Shown: positions 25,310-36,832, numbered from the stretch's first letter. The stretch is DNA of 43,070 nucleotides from a virus (IMGVR_UViG_3300032274_000015:1-43070), one strand, 5' to 3'. The notes: generated by a model not told the origin, from the sequence alone. Made by a program: numbers and translations.

Positions 25310-28300
25310 TTACGGATTAAGCTCAATCTGGCGTGGTAGCTTCGCCCTCTCTTCAAAGATGACCCTACCTCGCTCGATGATACCTTCCTCTTGAAGTCGC
25401 CTTGCCTTCTGCGGGCTGATCATCGGGACATCCATTACACCATTCATAATGTTCTGCACCCGTCGTTTCCCGAACCCTGCTTTGACCATAGTGTGATACA
25501 TTTCTTTCTTGCTGACGCCGAGTTTCTCGAAGCCCCCCATCTTACGTAACAGATCTTCACTGATTATCTTATTATCTTTGATACCTTTTAGATACAATTC
25601 ACGGATGGACTCCTCCGACATAGGCTTCTTATTAAATATTTTGAACTGCCTTTTATTAGCGCGGCTAAACTCACCCTTCTTCTGGAATAAGAAGTTTCGG
25701 AATTGCTTGCCCGCGTCGATCGTGTGTGGCTTCAGGGGTCGGAATGCGGTTAATACAATGCCAGCGGATGTATCCTCGAATTTCTCCGCCTCTATACTTT
25801 GTGCATCATATATTGCCTCACCCCGTTTCCAGAAGTCAGGTTTGTAGGCTTCTTTAAATACATGGCCCATAACCTTCCCCGCTATATCACCAACGGAATC
25901 AGTGGTTTCTTCATATATTGGGTCACCCGTTGTGGGGTCTTCATTGTTCGAGATAGATAGGAGCGAGCCTGCTAAGATCTGGTCGTCAAATAATATGTCT
26001 GCCACCAATCCTTCGGCAACACCCACCGTGGCATCACTGAAGTCGCCCCGAACCATGGAATTGAAACCCCGTAAAAATGGATCAACTATCATTGCATACG
26101 GGTTAATGTACGTGAAGTCATAGGAGGTTAGCTCCCCCTCTTTGTCTCGTAAGTAGAAGAAGGTATGCCCACGTAGATAATCAGGTATGGACGCCCTGAG
26201 AGCCTCCTCCTCATCATCACCTATATCGGCTATCATTGCGACCACGGCGGGTAACACCGTTGACCACCCTGCCATCACAGTCAATAAACCTGTCATACGA
26301 GAACGTCCTCGGGATCGCATAACAGAGTTGCCAGATCTTATCTCCTCAAGGGCTAACTTAACTGTGTTAATTGGGATCCGTATTACCTCCGTTCTGAATC
26401 GAAGGAACGGGGCGAACATTAAGGTGGCACCTGACTTCGTCATCTGTTGCACGATGGGCATCACTTGGTCGGCAGACTGCGAAGTCATACGTACTTTCCG
26501 CGCCGCTTCCATCTTCAAGACGCGGTCTGACAACTCAAAGTAACGGTCCCCTTCAACCGCCTCCTCACGTGCTCTTTCTAGGTGGGATACCTCGTGCTCA
26601 AAGTATGCTATCTTATAGAAGGCGTCTACCGCAGATGCCATCTCCGCCGCTTTTTTATAGGCCGCTTCTGCTGTTTGCCCCGCCACTTTTTTGGCTTTAT
26701 CAGTTCCCCGCTCTATCGCTTCTGCCTTAGCAGTTAGGTCATCAACCTGACGTTGTAGGGAATGAACATCGGACGTGCCGTTGAAGAGTTCCATCATAAC
26801 CTTAGATTGTATCTCAGCACCTACAACTCCCAAACCGTATAACTCTGAAAGATACCCATCAACTTTATTAGGGTTGACTGCGACTTGTGTTATGTGCTTT
26901 GCCGCGGATTTGAACATCTTGTCCATCCTCCAGAACCCCTGCGAAGGTCCGAAGAAAAGTATGTTGGAGAGTATGTTACGGACGTAGAACCCTGCGGATC
27001 CTAAAGTTTTTGTTGCCATAGCCGCACCTGTTGATCTATGGGCTAATTTTACGATGCTATGAGCCACGTGACCCGCTGTCGTATCAGAGAACTGAGACAG
27101 GTTCTGTTTGGAAGTCATCTGGCGGAACGAATCGACCATATCTTTTGGGGCCCAAAGACCATGCAGGGGATCCTCGGCGCCTAGGTCAGACTGGCGAACA
27201 GGCTCCCACTCGCTATACTTCTGGTAATTCTCGTCACTTATAGCCTTAGCTTCCTCAAGCTCCTGCGCGGTGAGTAGGAATTTATCCTCAAGGGTTGCCC
27301 CCTTCTGGTGGGTGGCAGTGCCGATGACTCTCACACGCTCAAGGAATGTCTGAGTGGCGGTCATCGTGTTCACAGTAGCGAACGTCCTTAGTAGGTTGTC
27401 TAATCCTTGGTCATCATTCTTACCTAGAATGTTTTGCAGTTCCTCAGGTAGGTCATGACGCTTTCTCCGTAAGTTGTTCATCGCCAGCTTATATCCCGTG
27501 GACCTGTTACCTAGGGCAACTTCACTATCTTGTGAGTAAGAATAAATGAAATCCATAAGTGCGTTGTAACCTAGTTTTGGATTACTACGTAGCTCGTGAC
27601 GGGCTTGGGCTAACGCCTCCGAGGATGACATCTCCTCATCTTTGAGTAGGGATTCCACCCTAGCTTCGACAAACTGACGCTCAAACAAATCAATCGCTTG
27701 GTCTCGCATTTCTACATAGTCGCCTTTACCTTGTTTGATGCCGTCCAAGGTTCTCTGATAATGTCCAGACTCTGTAAACATCTTATATGTTCTGGTGATG
27801 TAGATCCCGAGTTGGTTATCAATCCTTGCTCCGAGTTGATCTGATACTTGATGTGTATCCCTAACCCGCTTGGATAGGGTATCAATAATGTCCACCCGCA
27901 GTGTGCGTATGAGCTCTGCTAACTTCGGTGAAGCCTGCCTAATTTGATCCATGGCGAGTTCTTGCTTAACTCGGATCGCGTCAGCGGCGGCTGACTCCGC
28001 ATCCGATCTCTTAGAATTATGGCGGGCGTAAATCAACGCGAGGGAAGACTCCCTTTCTTCTGTGGTAAGATCCTTCTCGGCGTTTAGTAGTTGGATGGCG
28101 TCTTGACGATCTTTCTCGAGGTTGTCGTAAACATCCTGATCTAATACAGCCCCTACGCTACTACCTATCGCTTCATTAAATAACTCAGTTGGGGCGGCCT
28201 CGAGTGACCCATATGCCTTTTTAACTTCCTTATTAAATGACACGCTGAAGTCCTTGAGAATCTTTTCCCCCCAACGCTGTGTGTCTTGGAAAAGGTCATA

Positions 28301-31300
28301 AAGACGTGTCAACCGTGGATCTGCATCACCTTGGAACAGGCTCGCAAATTTCTTGGGTGCGGCATAAGGTCCTGCGTGCATGAGTGGAACCTCAAATATT
28401 TGTGGTATGTAAGAGAAATCCAGTGAGGACTCCCCTGCAATATCCGCTGATCCCCCTACGCTGGAGGCAGAGTATTTTGGTCCAACGTCATACCCCATTT
28501 CTTTGGCTACATCTATGCTAATTTTTTCCCCCATGATAGCCTCGAGTAACACGAGGTTTGCTTCAGGGTTATTAGGGTCGAACGCCACCCCGTTGGGGCC
28601 TTGGCGGTACCCTGATTTAACTTGGCGGAGCTCCATGATAAGTCTATTGACTTTGCTATCAATGTTGGTAGTTCTGCCACTTAACTTATATCTCTCGATA
28701 AGTGAGACCATCACCCCTCGGACATACCTGAAAATGACACTTGTCAGAGATGGGTTACTTTTGAGGAACTGAACATCTTGCTCAGTAGTAAACCCTTTCA
28801 TGGCTTTATTAGCCCTCATGCGTAGATACTCTTCCACCATGGAATAAGTTTCTACTGCCACGACATCTGGGTCCTCGGAACGGAGCCGCTCCTTCGCACT
28901 ATTGCGTAGTTCATCAGTCTGGTAATAATCCTCTGCAACTTTTGATAGCCCCTCAACACCTAAGGCTTTACCAACCTGCATGATTTCCTGTTCCGTTAGG
29001 ACATTGTAACTTGCGTAGTGGGCTAGCTCCTCATCTAGGATTGAGAGCATTGTAATGTTGGAGTTTGTCTGGGACATGCCACTAACTACACCCGTCATTC
29101 TAGTAGGGTTAAGATATATAACCCCGCCTTTGAAGGCCATTGAGGAATCAAGTCCCCAATCAACTTGGAAGTTGACCTCGGGAGGTGTATAGGATCTCAA
29201 GAACACTATGACCCCCTCTAGCTGATCTTGGAGCTCTGTAGCGTCTAAGTTTCGCATTCCGCTAGGTAGCAAGTGTGGGCTATTAACAAGCTGTTCAACC
29301 ACGGATTGTATGTTGCGCTCCATGTCTGCCCCCATCTCGGAAGATACACTCATGCTTTCCTCTAAAACGTCTAGCCCGAGTTCTAGTTGGGTTGACCCAA
29401 TGACTTCTATCGGGGACTTAATGTTGGTTTGGGCACCTTCCCCCTTGTGAAACTCGATGTCTTTGGCATTGGAGTTTGCGTCATCAATGCTTTCGGATAA
29501 CGATTGCTCAACAGTACCTCTACTTCCTTTCATGTCTGACCGTGTTAGGTCTACGATGTCATTCAACGCGGCGGTGTATTGTGATACCTCCTTCGGGGTT
29601 ATCTTCCCGTTGGTGATCTTACGGAACATGGTGACAATCGCTTCGATAATACGTGACATCAACCCTCGCTGTTTCGCAGGGGTCTCAACTGATTTTAAGA
29701 ATGATTGGAATGTTGGGTTAAGTAAAAAGTTAGCAACGAACTCATCGACATTTTCAAACCCTAGCTTAACTGTTTCAAACTGGGTGTCACGGCTGACGAA
29801 CTCGGCCTTAGCTATTTTCATTAACCCTTTGAGCCTGTTCCTAGCCATCGCCTGAGCTTTAGTTAGTGAGCCCTCAGGTCTAGCCAAGATATCAGACGTG
29901 AACGCATGTATATATTCCTCAAGGAGGACGTTAACTAAACCGCGACCATTCGAGCCTGCAAGGTTAAGTGTCACGTTATGCTCTCCGTCTGCGGTCTTTT
30001 CATATAACCCAGCTACTGCCGTAGTGGAATCTACGATGTGGAAATTTACAGTTGAGATAAACTCCGAGTCCTCGAGTAATAGATCCGCTACCAATTGGTG
30101 GTTCTCGTTTTCATCTGATTTTCTGATCTCTTCTAGTGCCGATATGACCGAAGAGGGATCCCCTGACTCAAGTGCGAGTTGGGAAACTACCTCTCCGTTT
30201 TCTTTACGGGCGGCTTCACGAGAAGCATCCGTGTCTGCTATTGAAGTTGACTTCCTCTGTCTGATCACTGCGGCGAGTCCATTGAGGATAGTCTTTGCTT
30301 CCTGCACCGTGTATGATGAATCCCGAAGCTCTAAGTCATTCAGCGGCTTGATCATCGACTTTGCAAACTCGTCACTAACCTCAGTTGGGAACACAATAAA
30401 TTTCAATGCCTCCCGCAGGTCTACTCCAGATTCCAGCTTTCCTAGACGCAGGTTCCTCAGGAACCCGAGGATTTCTGGTTCATGTTCATACGTGGCGCCG
30501 TCAATGGTTCCAGCTAATGAGTCCCATGCGGTTGCTACATTCATGTTGTCGTAGGACTTTTGGATCACGCCATTGTTCCGATCAACCGTACGTCTCAACA
30601 TATCAATAAACGCCTTTCGGGCGGTCGGGTCTGTTTCGATGTGGCTAATCACCCTTTCACGGGCGTTTTTGTAGAGGGAGTCGCGGAGCTCTATGGCAAT
30701 GTCAGCCACCTCCCTTAGATCTTTTACATCCTCGGGGTGGTATGACTCGAGGGTCGCCCTGTCGAGGGCTTCTGCAATAGCATTCTCGTCCTCTTCGACA
30801 GTGAGCGGGGTAGCCTCAACGGGGACTCCCTTAAATGGATCACGCCTCCTGCGACCAGTAGTTTGCATTTTATCTCCTACCTCTGTGTCTTGGTAGGCTT
30901 GGAGGAACGCTTGGAGTTCCTCTTCAGTTTCAAACGCGTCCATGCTCACCTCGGCGGGGGCGCCCTTTATTTCAAGGAGACGTTGTGCCTGATACCGATC
31001 CTTGATTCGTTTAGCGATCGTCGCCATCGAGGGCATATTGCCCAAGAGTAAGGATTCATGATTCAGGATGTGGGATTCAATATAGGTAACGATAGTTCCA
31101 TAGTGCATCTCTTGTTTCTCAGAGTTGCTCATCCCTTTGTTGGATCTGTTATCTACATCATAGTCTGAACCTTGGAGGTTCATGCGTTTACCTAAAAGAT
31201 GTGCCACCCTTCCAATATCGGGGCGGGAACCATCAGGTTGCTCAGTGTAGGTTAAGAATAATCGAGCGGCATGCTCCATCTTATCAGGGGCAATAGAAAA

Positions 31301-34300
31301 CACCCCGTCCCCATCCTGACTAACCATACCTTTTCTCTTAGTAATCTGGTTTCGTATCCCGTGGAGTTGGGCGGTTAAGGCATACTCCGCATGGAACGCC
31401 GCAACGGCAGTAGAGAAGTACTCGGGGGGTAAATGCAGAAGCTTCCCTTTCGGGTCATTCAACATCATGCTTAATTTACGTGCGGCTTTACTGGTGGTTT
31501 CTTGAGGTTCTGGGCGGGAGCGTCGGGAGTTTCTCTCCTCTATCTTCCCTAAGAGGTTTTCCAATCGTAGAATATCCTCCTGAAGTGATGTGATCTCTTC
31601 GCTTCTAGGGTTCATCCTCTGAGTGTCCTCAAGGTCTTGTTTGAGTCCCGATATCTCCGCTACGATCTTGGCTTCTTCGCGTGAGCGTTCCTCTCTCAGA
31701 TTACCTTCTGAAACTTGGTCCATCCCCACACTCAACTGTGTGTCGGGTCTCATACCCTCCATACCAGCTTTGATAAAGCCCTCGAAGTCACTAAGGAAAT
31801 CATTTAATGATGTAGTCTCTGGCTTACCACCTTTAATGGCGATATTCCCAGCATCTAAATCACCTGAAGTGTTAAATCTTTTTACCTTAGGAAGGGGTAG
31901 GGGGAGATCTTTGTTAAATATCCCGACGATGTTTGCCGTCAGATCACTATACGTGGTCGCAGGGGCTGTTCTTTGTTTCCTCCGTGGGGCTTGATAGGCT
32001 TCCGTATGTGTGCCATCTGCATTCATCACCCGAACAGCTTGGACAAATCCGTCTCGGTCGTATCTGATAGCGGGGTTAATCTGCTCTTTTCGGATATCCC
32101 CAACACCGCGTAGGATGTCGGCGGGTATCTTGATAGGGATGCCACTTAATAACATCTCACCGACTAGAACAGGGTCATTATTGAATACCCCACGTCCATC
32201 ACGGTCGATAGCCCCACGAATAACCTTGTGGGCGGTGGTCACGTTACCATCGCTATCTACTACAGCTTGTGAAACTTTTCTATTAGAAGTGAATGGTCTA
32301 TAGGATTTGTCTAACTTAACCTTCGGTTCAGGGCGGGGCGTATCTGCTACCCTTGCTTCAATCTCATCCGCTTTAGTTATTAGGGTCTTGGCGAGTTGGC
32401 CACCCCTCTTATCAGCTACTTTACGTAACTCCTCAGCGAGCTTCAATGCCTGCTTCTCAGTGTACTTTTTACCCTCAGGTTTTAGGAGATTGTTATTTAC
32501 GGATTGACGTTGGGAAGTGGTGAGCTTCTTAATAGTTATAAATGGCTCCCTGTCTGCGGCCCTCGAAGCTCTCTTCTCCGCGGATTTTAGGTCCTCAACG
32601 ATAAGACTTTCAACATCCCCAATGTCGAGATGGGGGTAAACCTCAATTATTTTTGCCGCGAGGTTTTGCCTGATGTAGGCTCGGTAACCTACGCCCTTCT
32701 CGAGCCCTAATATTTTACCGTAAGCCTCTGGACCTGATCCTTCAGATTGGGCATACATACCTCTCATTGCCTTAGCTTCAAATGTAACAGGGTAACCTAA
32801 CGCGACAAGGGCTCTAAACTGATCCATCTGATGACGTTGGATCATTTCTGCCGCCGTCGGTGCGGTAATGCCCTCGACTTTTGAGATGGGGGTGGCGGGA
32901 ACTTTTCCAGCTTTTACAGGTGGGAGATTCGGGGATGGCTTAGTCTCAAGGGGGAAAAGTTGCTTGAGTGCATTATCATCCAGAGCGAATGTGGCGAGCG
33001 GGGATCCCTCAACTTCAGGTAAATAGCCTATAAGGGTTTCGGGGGTCTCCTCCTGAGGTTGAATGCGTCCTATTGCTTTCACATTCTCCTCACGCTTAGT
33101 GCGGATCATCTCTTCGATCTCTTCCTCGGTTACATCCGAATTATCGAGTGCGCTTTGTGTGCGTGTGACTTCTTCATCTAGTAGTTGTTTCTTCAGGAGT
33201 TCCGCACGGCGTTGTGTTAACGTAGGTTCACCACGCTCTTTTAATAAACTCTGTGCGAGTTCCAACTGCTGGGCGGCGGGGCCGTCATATGGGTTAGAAA
33301 TTAGCTCGGCTTCTGCGGCTTCTTCCATAGCCCGCAAAGAACTTACGGGGGTGGTTTCATTGATGGAGTCCCCAAAAACAATATCACTCTCCACGGGGGC
33401 TACCACTACGGTGTTAGCTTGACTTACGTCTGGGGCACTCTGGCTGAGTTGTTCCATATCCAGAACAGACCCCGTGGGGTCCCCCATAAACCATAGGATC
33501 TCACCTTCAGTTTCTTGACCAACTACGACAGACCTCGCGGATACCACAACGTCGTTGGATTCCATTAGGCTACCAAAAAGATACTCCCCTTCGTCTATAC
33601 CTAACCCACTATATCTCGTAGCGGCCTCCGAGGGGCTGAGAACCTCGAGAACTTCTATCTGTGTCTCAACACCATCCTCCGTCAAAGCGAAGATGTCTCC
33701 TGATTGGATGGATTCAACATCAGTATCTGTGTCCTCCTCTGTTTCATCTTCCGTTTCATCTTCCGTTTCATCTTCAGAAACCGCAGGTTTTTTTCTCTTG
33801 GTGGATTTGGTTTTCTTCGGGTTCTTACCTGAGGGGCTGGAAGTAGCCCCACGGTCCGTGTTCCGAGTTACTTTTTCCTCAGGTGTAAACTCTGATTGTG
33901 GCGGGAACTCACCTAACTCTATACCTTCCCGAGCGGCTTTGGATCTCATCACTACCTGATAAAATTCATATTCAGTTGGTGACAGCTTGTGAATAGGTCT
34001 GCCTGCTGGGATACGATTTCCTTTGTGTGGGGTTACTGAGTACCTTGTTTTCCCATCTTTGGTTAACCCATCAATTGATAGGTCCTGCTCCATTACTTTA
34101 CGAGCCGCTTCATACTCGGTACGATGCTCTATAGAAAGGTCTTTGATTCTAGTCCCTCTTCGGATTAGTACCCCGTCCCCCATCTTCCTAGAGAACCCAG
34201 TGACTTCTTCTACAGAAGGTGCGTCCTCTTGGGCTTTTTCTGATAGGTCAGCTTCTTGTTTTTGAAGGGTTTCTTTAGCACTTAATACACGATTGGTAAT

Positions 34301-36832
34301 TTCTTCACGCCTACGTGCGGGTAGATTTAGTAAAAAGTCTACTTGCTTTGCCGTGATAGGTAGCCCCGCTTGCTCGACATTTGTGGCGACAGCCGCCCTG
34401 AACTCTTGGTCTACTTTCGTTTGCTCGGCAAGGATGTTACGCTTGGCGTTAAGCGAGCCAGCTACGTGGCGTATAGTTGGGACGCCACCACCCATTATAC
34501 CACCAATAACAGCGGCATGACCTGCTTGTTGGAGGCGTTCGAGGAAAGGGGTGCTTTCGTCAAGCGCGGAATCCATTACGAATGTATTCGCAAACTCGTC
34601 AAACCCTTCTTCAACGGCTTCATCTACAACATTAGTCCCCACAGTCTTAGCGAGCCCCATGTAGCCACCGTGTTTTGCTAACGTCGTTGCAATTGTTCTC
34701 TTAACAATTGTATTGAACGCACTCTCTGACATCTCACCAACCTGACCTCCGCGGTTTGCTACGCCATCTAAAACTGCTTTGACCTGTTTCTTGTTCAGGC
34801 CTCCAATTAATGCGCCTTCCAAACCAGCACGACCCAAAGCGGAAAAACTTGCCGTAATTGTTCCAGTTAGCGCCCCTGCGGTCATAGCCGCACCTAGTGC
34901 GCGATCTCTAATTTCTTCGTCAGACAGGTCACCTGTCCGAGAAAGCTGGTCATAAACAGAGGCGTAGGTTGCACCCGCGGATCTGTTGGCGGCGGGGATA
35001 AACATAGCAGGTACAAGGTTCATTTTGCTGGCTACAGCCTTGTTATAACCTTTAATAACACCCATCGCGGTTTCCTCACTCATTTCCTTGGCGGCACCTT
35101 TGACGAGGCCTTGTGATACTAATCGCTTCGCGGCTAGGCGAGTTGCCTCACTTCCTGAGGCGCGTAAAGTGTTTGTGACTAATCCTTTTGCGATACCTTT
35201 TGCGGTTAATCTCGCGCCTTGTTTAGCGGCAAGATATGCGACACCACCAACACCCCCCGTAGCATATCCGAGTGCAGTCGTTGCCGCCATGTCGGCTAGC
35301 ATCGGGGCGATCTGTTCAGCGATGTCTTGCCCTAAACCAAAATCGTCCCCAAACAACCGCGCAACTTCTCGGCGGTTGGACTTCTCCCTCATGTTGTTGA
35401 CGAGGTAGTCCTTAGCCCAGTCTGCGTCCATCATGGCGGGGATGGCCGCAAACATCTCCCCGACACCATCCACAATAGACCCCCCTACTCCTCGGAGGCG
35501 GGAGGAAACAGCGCTGTAATTATCGGGGTTTTTTAAAAATTCTTGTAAGGTGTCAGTGTCCTTAACTTTGTTAGCTCTCCCCTCGTGGAGGGCATCAAGC
35601 CACTCTTCAGAGACATCGCTGTCTACAAGGGTTTTGCTGTAACTCTCAAACGCACTCTCGAGGAATAATTCACGGTGTGTTGCGAGGAGCTTTACTTCCT
35701 CGGGGGTTAGGTCGGGGTTTGCACTTATTGTGGCCTCGTACGCCTCAGGGTTTGCCATGGTGGCTGGGTGTATAAGGGGCATAGCATACCCTAATCGCCG
35801 TAAATTTTTTCCTGCGTCCTTAGCATCCTCAAAGTATTCAAAACCCCCACTGGAGTTCAGGGCATGTGCGGCGTTATGCTCCATCGCCTTTCTTACATTA
35901 TCGAGGTCAACATCCCCCTCCCCCTCACGAAGACCACTTACATTTAAGTAGTGCTCCACAGTGGTGGTGGCAGATTCCATTCTCTCTTCTAATACTTCCC
36001 TACGTTCGGGGGATACGTCCTCATTCTGAAGTTCCGCTAGGGATTCTTGATACGAAGAAAATAAGTTGCTAACATTTTCGTTCTCTTTAGATAACGAGTC
36101 AATCAAAAGACTAACATTCTCATATTCCTTGACCCTGTATCGTGGTTCCTGATACCCGATAGGGGTTTCAGATATCCTCTGTGCTTCAGCGGCATCGCTG
36201 TAGCTCATACCTCCAACTGATACTGATTGCTTTAAGGCTTCATTAAAGCTCATGTGGCGCATCAGCGGTCCAGCGATGACCTCTTCCATCCCCTCTGAGT
36301 CAGTCACTTTCGCCATGGCAATCTCCCCTGCGGATACTGCATTACGGAGTGCTGTATTGTAATACGTGTTGGCAGTCTGTTCAGCACGACTACGGTGCTC
36401 CTTCTCCTTTTGGGCGAGATCTGGATTGTTCTCTAAGTCCCCGTCATTTAAAGCATTTTGGAAAGCTAAGTATTGGGTTGCGGACATCCACTGTTCCGAA
36501 TCAGACTTAGCAGTTGATTGTATAAAACGAAGCTGATCTTCGAGTGGTGGCTTCTCAGTCTTTAATAGCTGGTTGAAGGTGTCCTCGTCCCCCTGATCAA
36601 CCGCACCTACTTGAATTAGGGATTCCTTTAGCCCATCACGGATTGATTTCTCGACGCCCCCATCATAGGAACCTGCCTGTAGGTATGACTGACGCACATA
36701 ATCTGAGTATCTCTTGCGATCCCCAATATGGTCCTGCTGACTATTCTTAGATTCCCAAATGGAGTATGAGTCAAATTCAGGGGCGGTGGTCTCTTCTTGC
36801 GAAGGCGTTAGTAGGCTAGGTAGTTCAGACAT
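25310..36832 (-). CDS. Giant internal virion / DNA-ejection polyvalent-type protein (3840 aa)
   Basis: Last of three co-oriented helical genes. No Cys seen; Gly/Ala-rich hydrophobic helices near the N-terminus; two degenerate zincin motifs (EEYIH...EFVANFLLNPTFQ and EELAH). Confidence 0.75.
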   Translation of the reverse strand: MSELPSLLTPSQEETTAPEFDSYSIWESKNSQQDHIGDRKRYSDYVRQSYLQAGSYDGGVEKSIRDGLKESLIQVGAVDQGDEDTFNQLLKTEKPPLEDQLRFIQSTAKSDSEQWMSATQYLAFQNALNDGDLENNPDLAQKEKEHRSRAEQTANTYYNTALRNAVSAGEIAMAKVTDSEGMEEVIAGPLMRHMSFNEALKQSVSVGGMSYSDAAEAQRISETPIGYQEPRYRVKEYENVSLLIDSLSKENENVSNLFSSYQESLAELQNEDVSPERREVLEERMESATTTVEHYLNVSGLREGEGDVDLDNVRKAMEHNAAHALNSSGGFEYFEDAKDAGKNLRRLGYAMPLIHPATMANPEAYEATISANPDLTPEEVKLLATHRELFLESAFESYSKTLVDSDVSEEWLDALHEGRANKVKDTDTLQEFLKNPDNYSAVSSRLRGVGGSIVDGVGEMFAAIPAMMDADWAKDYLVNNMREKSNRREVARLFGDDFGLGQDIAEQIAPMLADMAATTALGYATGGVGGVAYLAAKQGARLTAKGIAKGLVTNTLRASGSEATRLAAKRLVSQGLVKGAAKEMSEETAMGVIKGYNKAVASKMNLVPAMFIPAANRSAGATYASVYDQLSRTGDLSDEEIRDRALGAAMTAGALTGTITASFSALGRAGLEGALIGGLNKKQVKAVLDGVANRGGQVGEMSESAFNTIVKRTIATTLAKHGGYMGLAKTVGTNVVDEAVEEGFDEFANTFVMDSALDESTPFLERLQQAGHAAVIGGIMGGGVPTIRHVAGSLNAKRNILAEQTKVDQEFRAAVATNVEQAGLPITAKQVDFLLNLPARRREEITNRVLSAKETLQKQEADLSEKAQEDAPSVEEVTGFSRKMGDGVLIRRGTRIKDLSIEHRTEYEAARKVMEQDLSIDGLTKDGKTRYSVTPHKGNRIPAGRPIHKLSPTEYEFYQVVMRSKAAREGIELGEFPPQSEFTPEEKVTRNTDRGATSSPSGKNPKKTKSTKRKKPAVSEDETEDETEDETEEDTDTDVESIQSGDIFALTEDGVETQIEVLEVLSPSEAATRYSGLGIDEGEYLFGSLMESNDVVVSARSVVVGQETEGEILWFMGDPTGSVLDMEQLSQSAPDVSQANTVVVAPVESDIVFGDSINETTPVSSLRAMEEAAEAELISNPYDGPAAQQLELAQSLLKERGEPTLTQRRAELLKKQLLDEEVTRTQSALDNSDVTEEEIEEMIRTKREENVKAIGRIQPQEETPETLIGYLPEVEGSPLATFALDDNALKQLFPLETKPSPNLPPVKAGKVPATPISKVEGITAPTAAEMIQRHQMDQFRALVALGYPVTFEAKAMRGMYAQSEGSGPEAYGKILGLEKGVGYRAYIRQNLAAKIIEVYPHLDIGDVESLIVEDLKSAEKRASRAADREPFITIKKLTTSQRQSVNNNLLKPEGKKYTEKQALKLAEELRKVADKRGGQLAKTLITKADEIEARVADTPRPEPKVKLDKSYRPFTSNRKVSQAVVDSDGNVTTAHKVIRGAIDRDGRGVFNNDPVLVGEMLLSGIPIKIPADILRGVGDIRKEQINPAIRYDRDGFVQAVRVMNADGTHTEAYQAPRRKQRTAPATTYSDLTANIVGIFNKDLPLPLPKVKRFNTSGDLDAGNIAIKGGKPETTSLNDFLSDFEGFIKAGMEGMRPDTQLSVGMDQVSEGNLREERSREEAKIVAEISGLKQDLEDTQRMNPRSEEITSLQEDILRLENLLGKIEERNSRRSRPEPQETTSKAARKLSMMLNDPKGKLLHLPPEYFSTAVAAFHAEYALTAQLHGIRNQITKRKGMVSQDGDGVFSIAPDKMEHAARLFLTYTEQPDGSRPDIGRVAHLLGKRMNLQGSDYDVDNRSNKGMSNSEKQEMHYGTIVTYIESHILNHESLLLGNMPSMATIAKRIKDRYQAQRLLEIKGAPAEVSMDAFETEEELQAFLQAYQDTEVGDKMQTTGRRRRDPFKGVPVEATPLTVEEDENAIAEALDRATLESYHPEDVKDLREVADIAIELRDSLYKNARERVISHIETDPTARKAFIDMLRRTVDRNNGVIQKSYDNMNVATAWDSLAGTIDGATYEHEPEILGFLRNLRLGKLESGVDLREALKFIVFPTEVSDEFAKSMIKPLNDLELRDSSYTVQEAKTILNGLAAVIRQRKSTSIADTDASREAARKENGEVVSQLALESGDPSSVISALEEIRKSDENENHQLVADLLLEDSEFISTVNFHIVDSTTAVAGLYEKTADGEHNVTLNLAGSNGRGLVNVLLEEYIHAFTSDILARPEGSLTKAQAMARNRLKGLMKIAKAEFVSRDTQFETVKLGFENVDEFVANFLLNPTFQSFLKSVETPAKQRGLMSRIIEAIVTMFRKITNGKITPKEVSQYTAALNDIVDLTRSDMKGSRGTVEQSLSESIDDANSNAKDIEFHKGEGAQTNIKSPIEVIGSTQLELGLDVLEESMSVSSEMGADMERNIQSVVEQLVNSPHLLPSGMRNLDATELQDQLEGVIVFLRSYTPPEVNFQVDWGLDSSMAFKGGVIYLNPTRMTGVVSGMSQTNSNITMLSILDEELAHYASYNVLTEQEIMQVGKALGVEGLSKVAEDYYQTDELRNSAKERLRSEDPDVVAVETYSMVEEYLRMRANKAMKGFTTEQDVQFLKSNPSLTSVIFRYVRGVMVSLIERYKLSGRTTNIDSKVNRLIMELRQVKSGYRQGPNGVAFDPNNPEANLVLLEAIMGEKISIDVAKEMGYDVGPKYSASSVGGSADIAGESSLDFSYIPQIFEVPLMHAGPYAAPKKFASLFQGDADPRLTRLYDLFQDTQRWGEKILKDFSVSFNKEVKKAYGSLEAAPTELFNEAIGSSVGAVLDQDVYDNLEKDRQDAIQLLNAEKDLTTEERESSLALIYARHNSKRSDAESAAADAIRVKQELAMDQIRQASPKLAELIRTLRVDIIDTLSKRVRDTHQVSDQLGARIDNQLGIYITRTYKMFTESGHYQRTLDGIKQGKGDYVEMRDQAIDLFERQFVEARVESLLKDEEMSSSEALAQARHELRSNPKLGYNALMDFIYSYSQDSEVALGNRSTGYKLAMNNLRRKRHDLPEELQNILGKNDDQGLDNLLRTFATVNTMTATQTFLERVRVIGTATHQKGATLEDKFLLTAQELEEAKAISDENYQKYSEWEPVRQSDLGAEDPLHGLWAPKDMVDSFRQMTSKQNLSQFSDTTAGHVAHSIVKLAHRSTGAAMATKTLGSAGFYVRNILSNILFFGPSQGFWRMDKMFKSAAKHITQVAVNPNKVDGYLSELYGLGVVGAEIQSKVMMELFNGTSDVHSLQRQVDDLTAKAEAIERGTDKAKKVAGQTAEAAYKKAAEMASAVDAFYKIAYFEHEVSHLERAREEAVEGDRYFELSDRVLKMEAARKVRMTSQSADQVMPIVQQMTKSGATLMFAPFLRFRTEVIRIPINTVKLALEEIRSGNSVMRSRGRSRMTGLLTVMAGWSTVLPAVVAMIADIGDDEEEALRASIPDYLRGHTFFYLRDKEGELTSYDFTYINPYAMIVDPFLRGFNSMVRGDFSDATVGVAEGLVADILFDDQILAGSLLSISNNEDPTTGDPIYEETTDSVGDIAGKVMGHVFKEAYKPDFWKRGEAIYDAQSIEAEKFEDTSAGIVLTAFRPLKPHTIDAGKQFRNFLFQKKGEFSRANKRQFKIFNKKPMSEESIRELYLKGIKDNKIISEDLLRKMGGFEKLGVSKKEMYHTMVKAGFGKRRVQNIMNGVMDVPMISPQKARRLQEEGIIERGRVIFEERAKLPRQIELNP

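Noticed and set aside
25509-36072. Many plus-strand ORFs antisense to the giant gene, and similar ones opposite other structural genes
   Set aside because: They are Ser-rich antisense shadows without leaders or recognisable motifs.
25310-36832. Firm annotation of the giant protein as a virion RNA polymerase
   Set aside because: No catalytic signature was recognised; size and lack of Cys are not sufficient. Kept only as a hypothesis.
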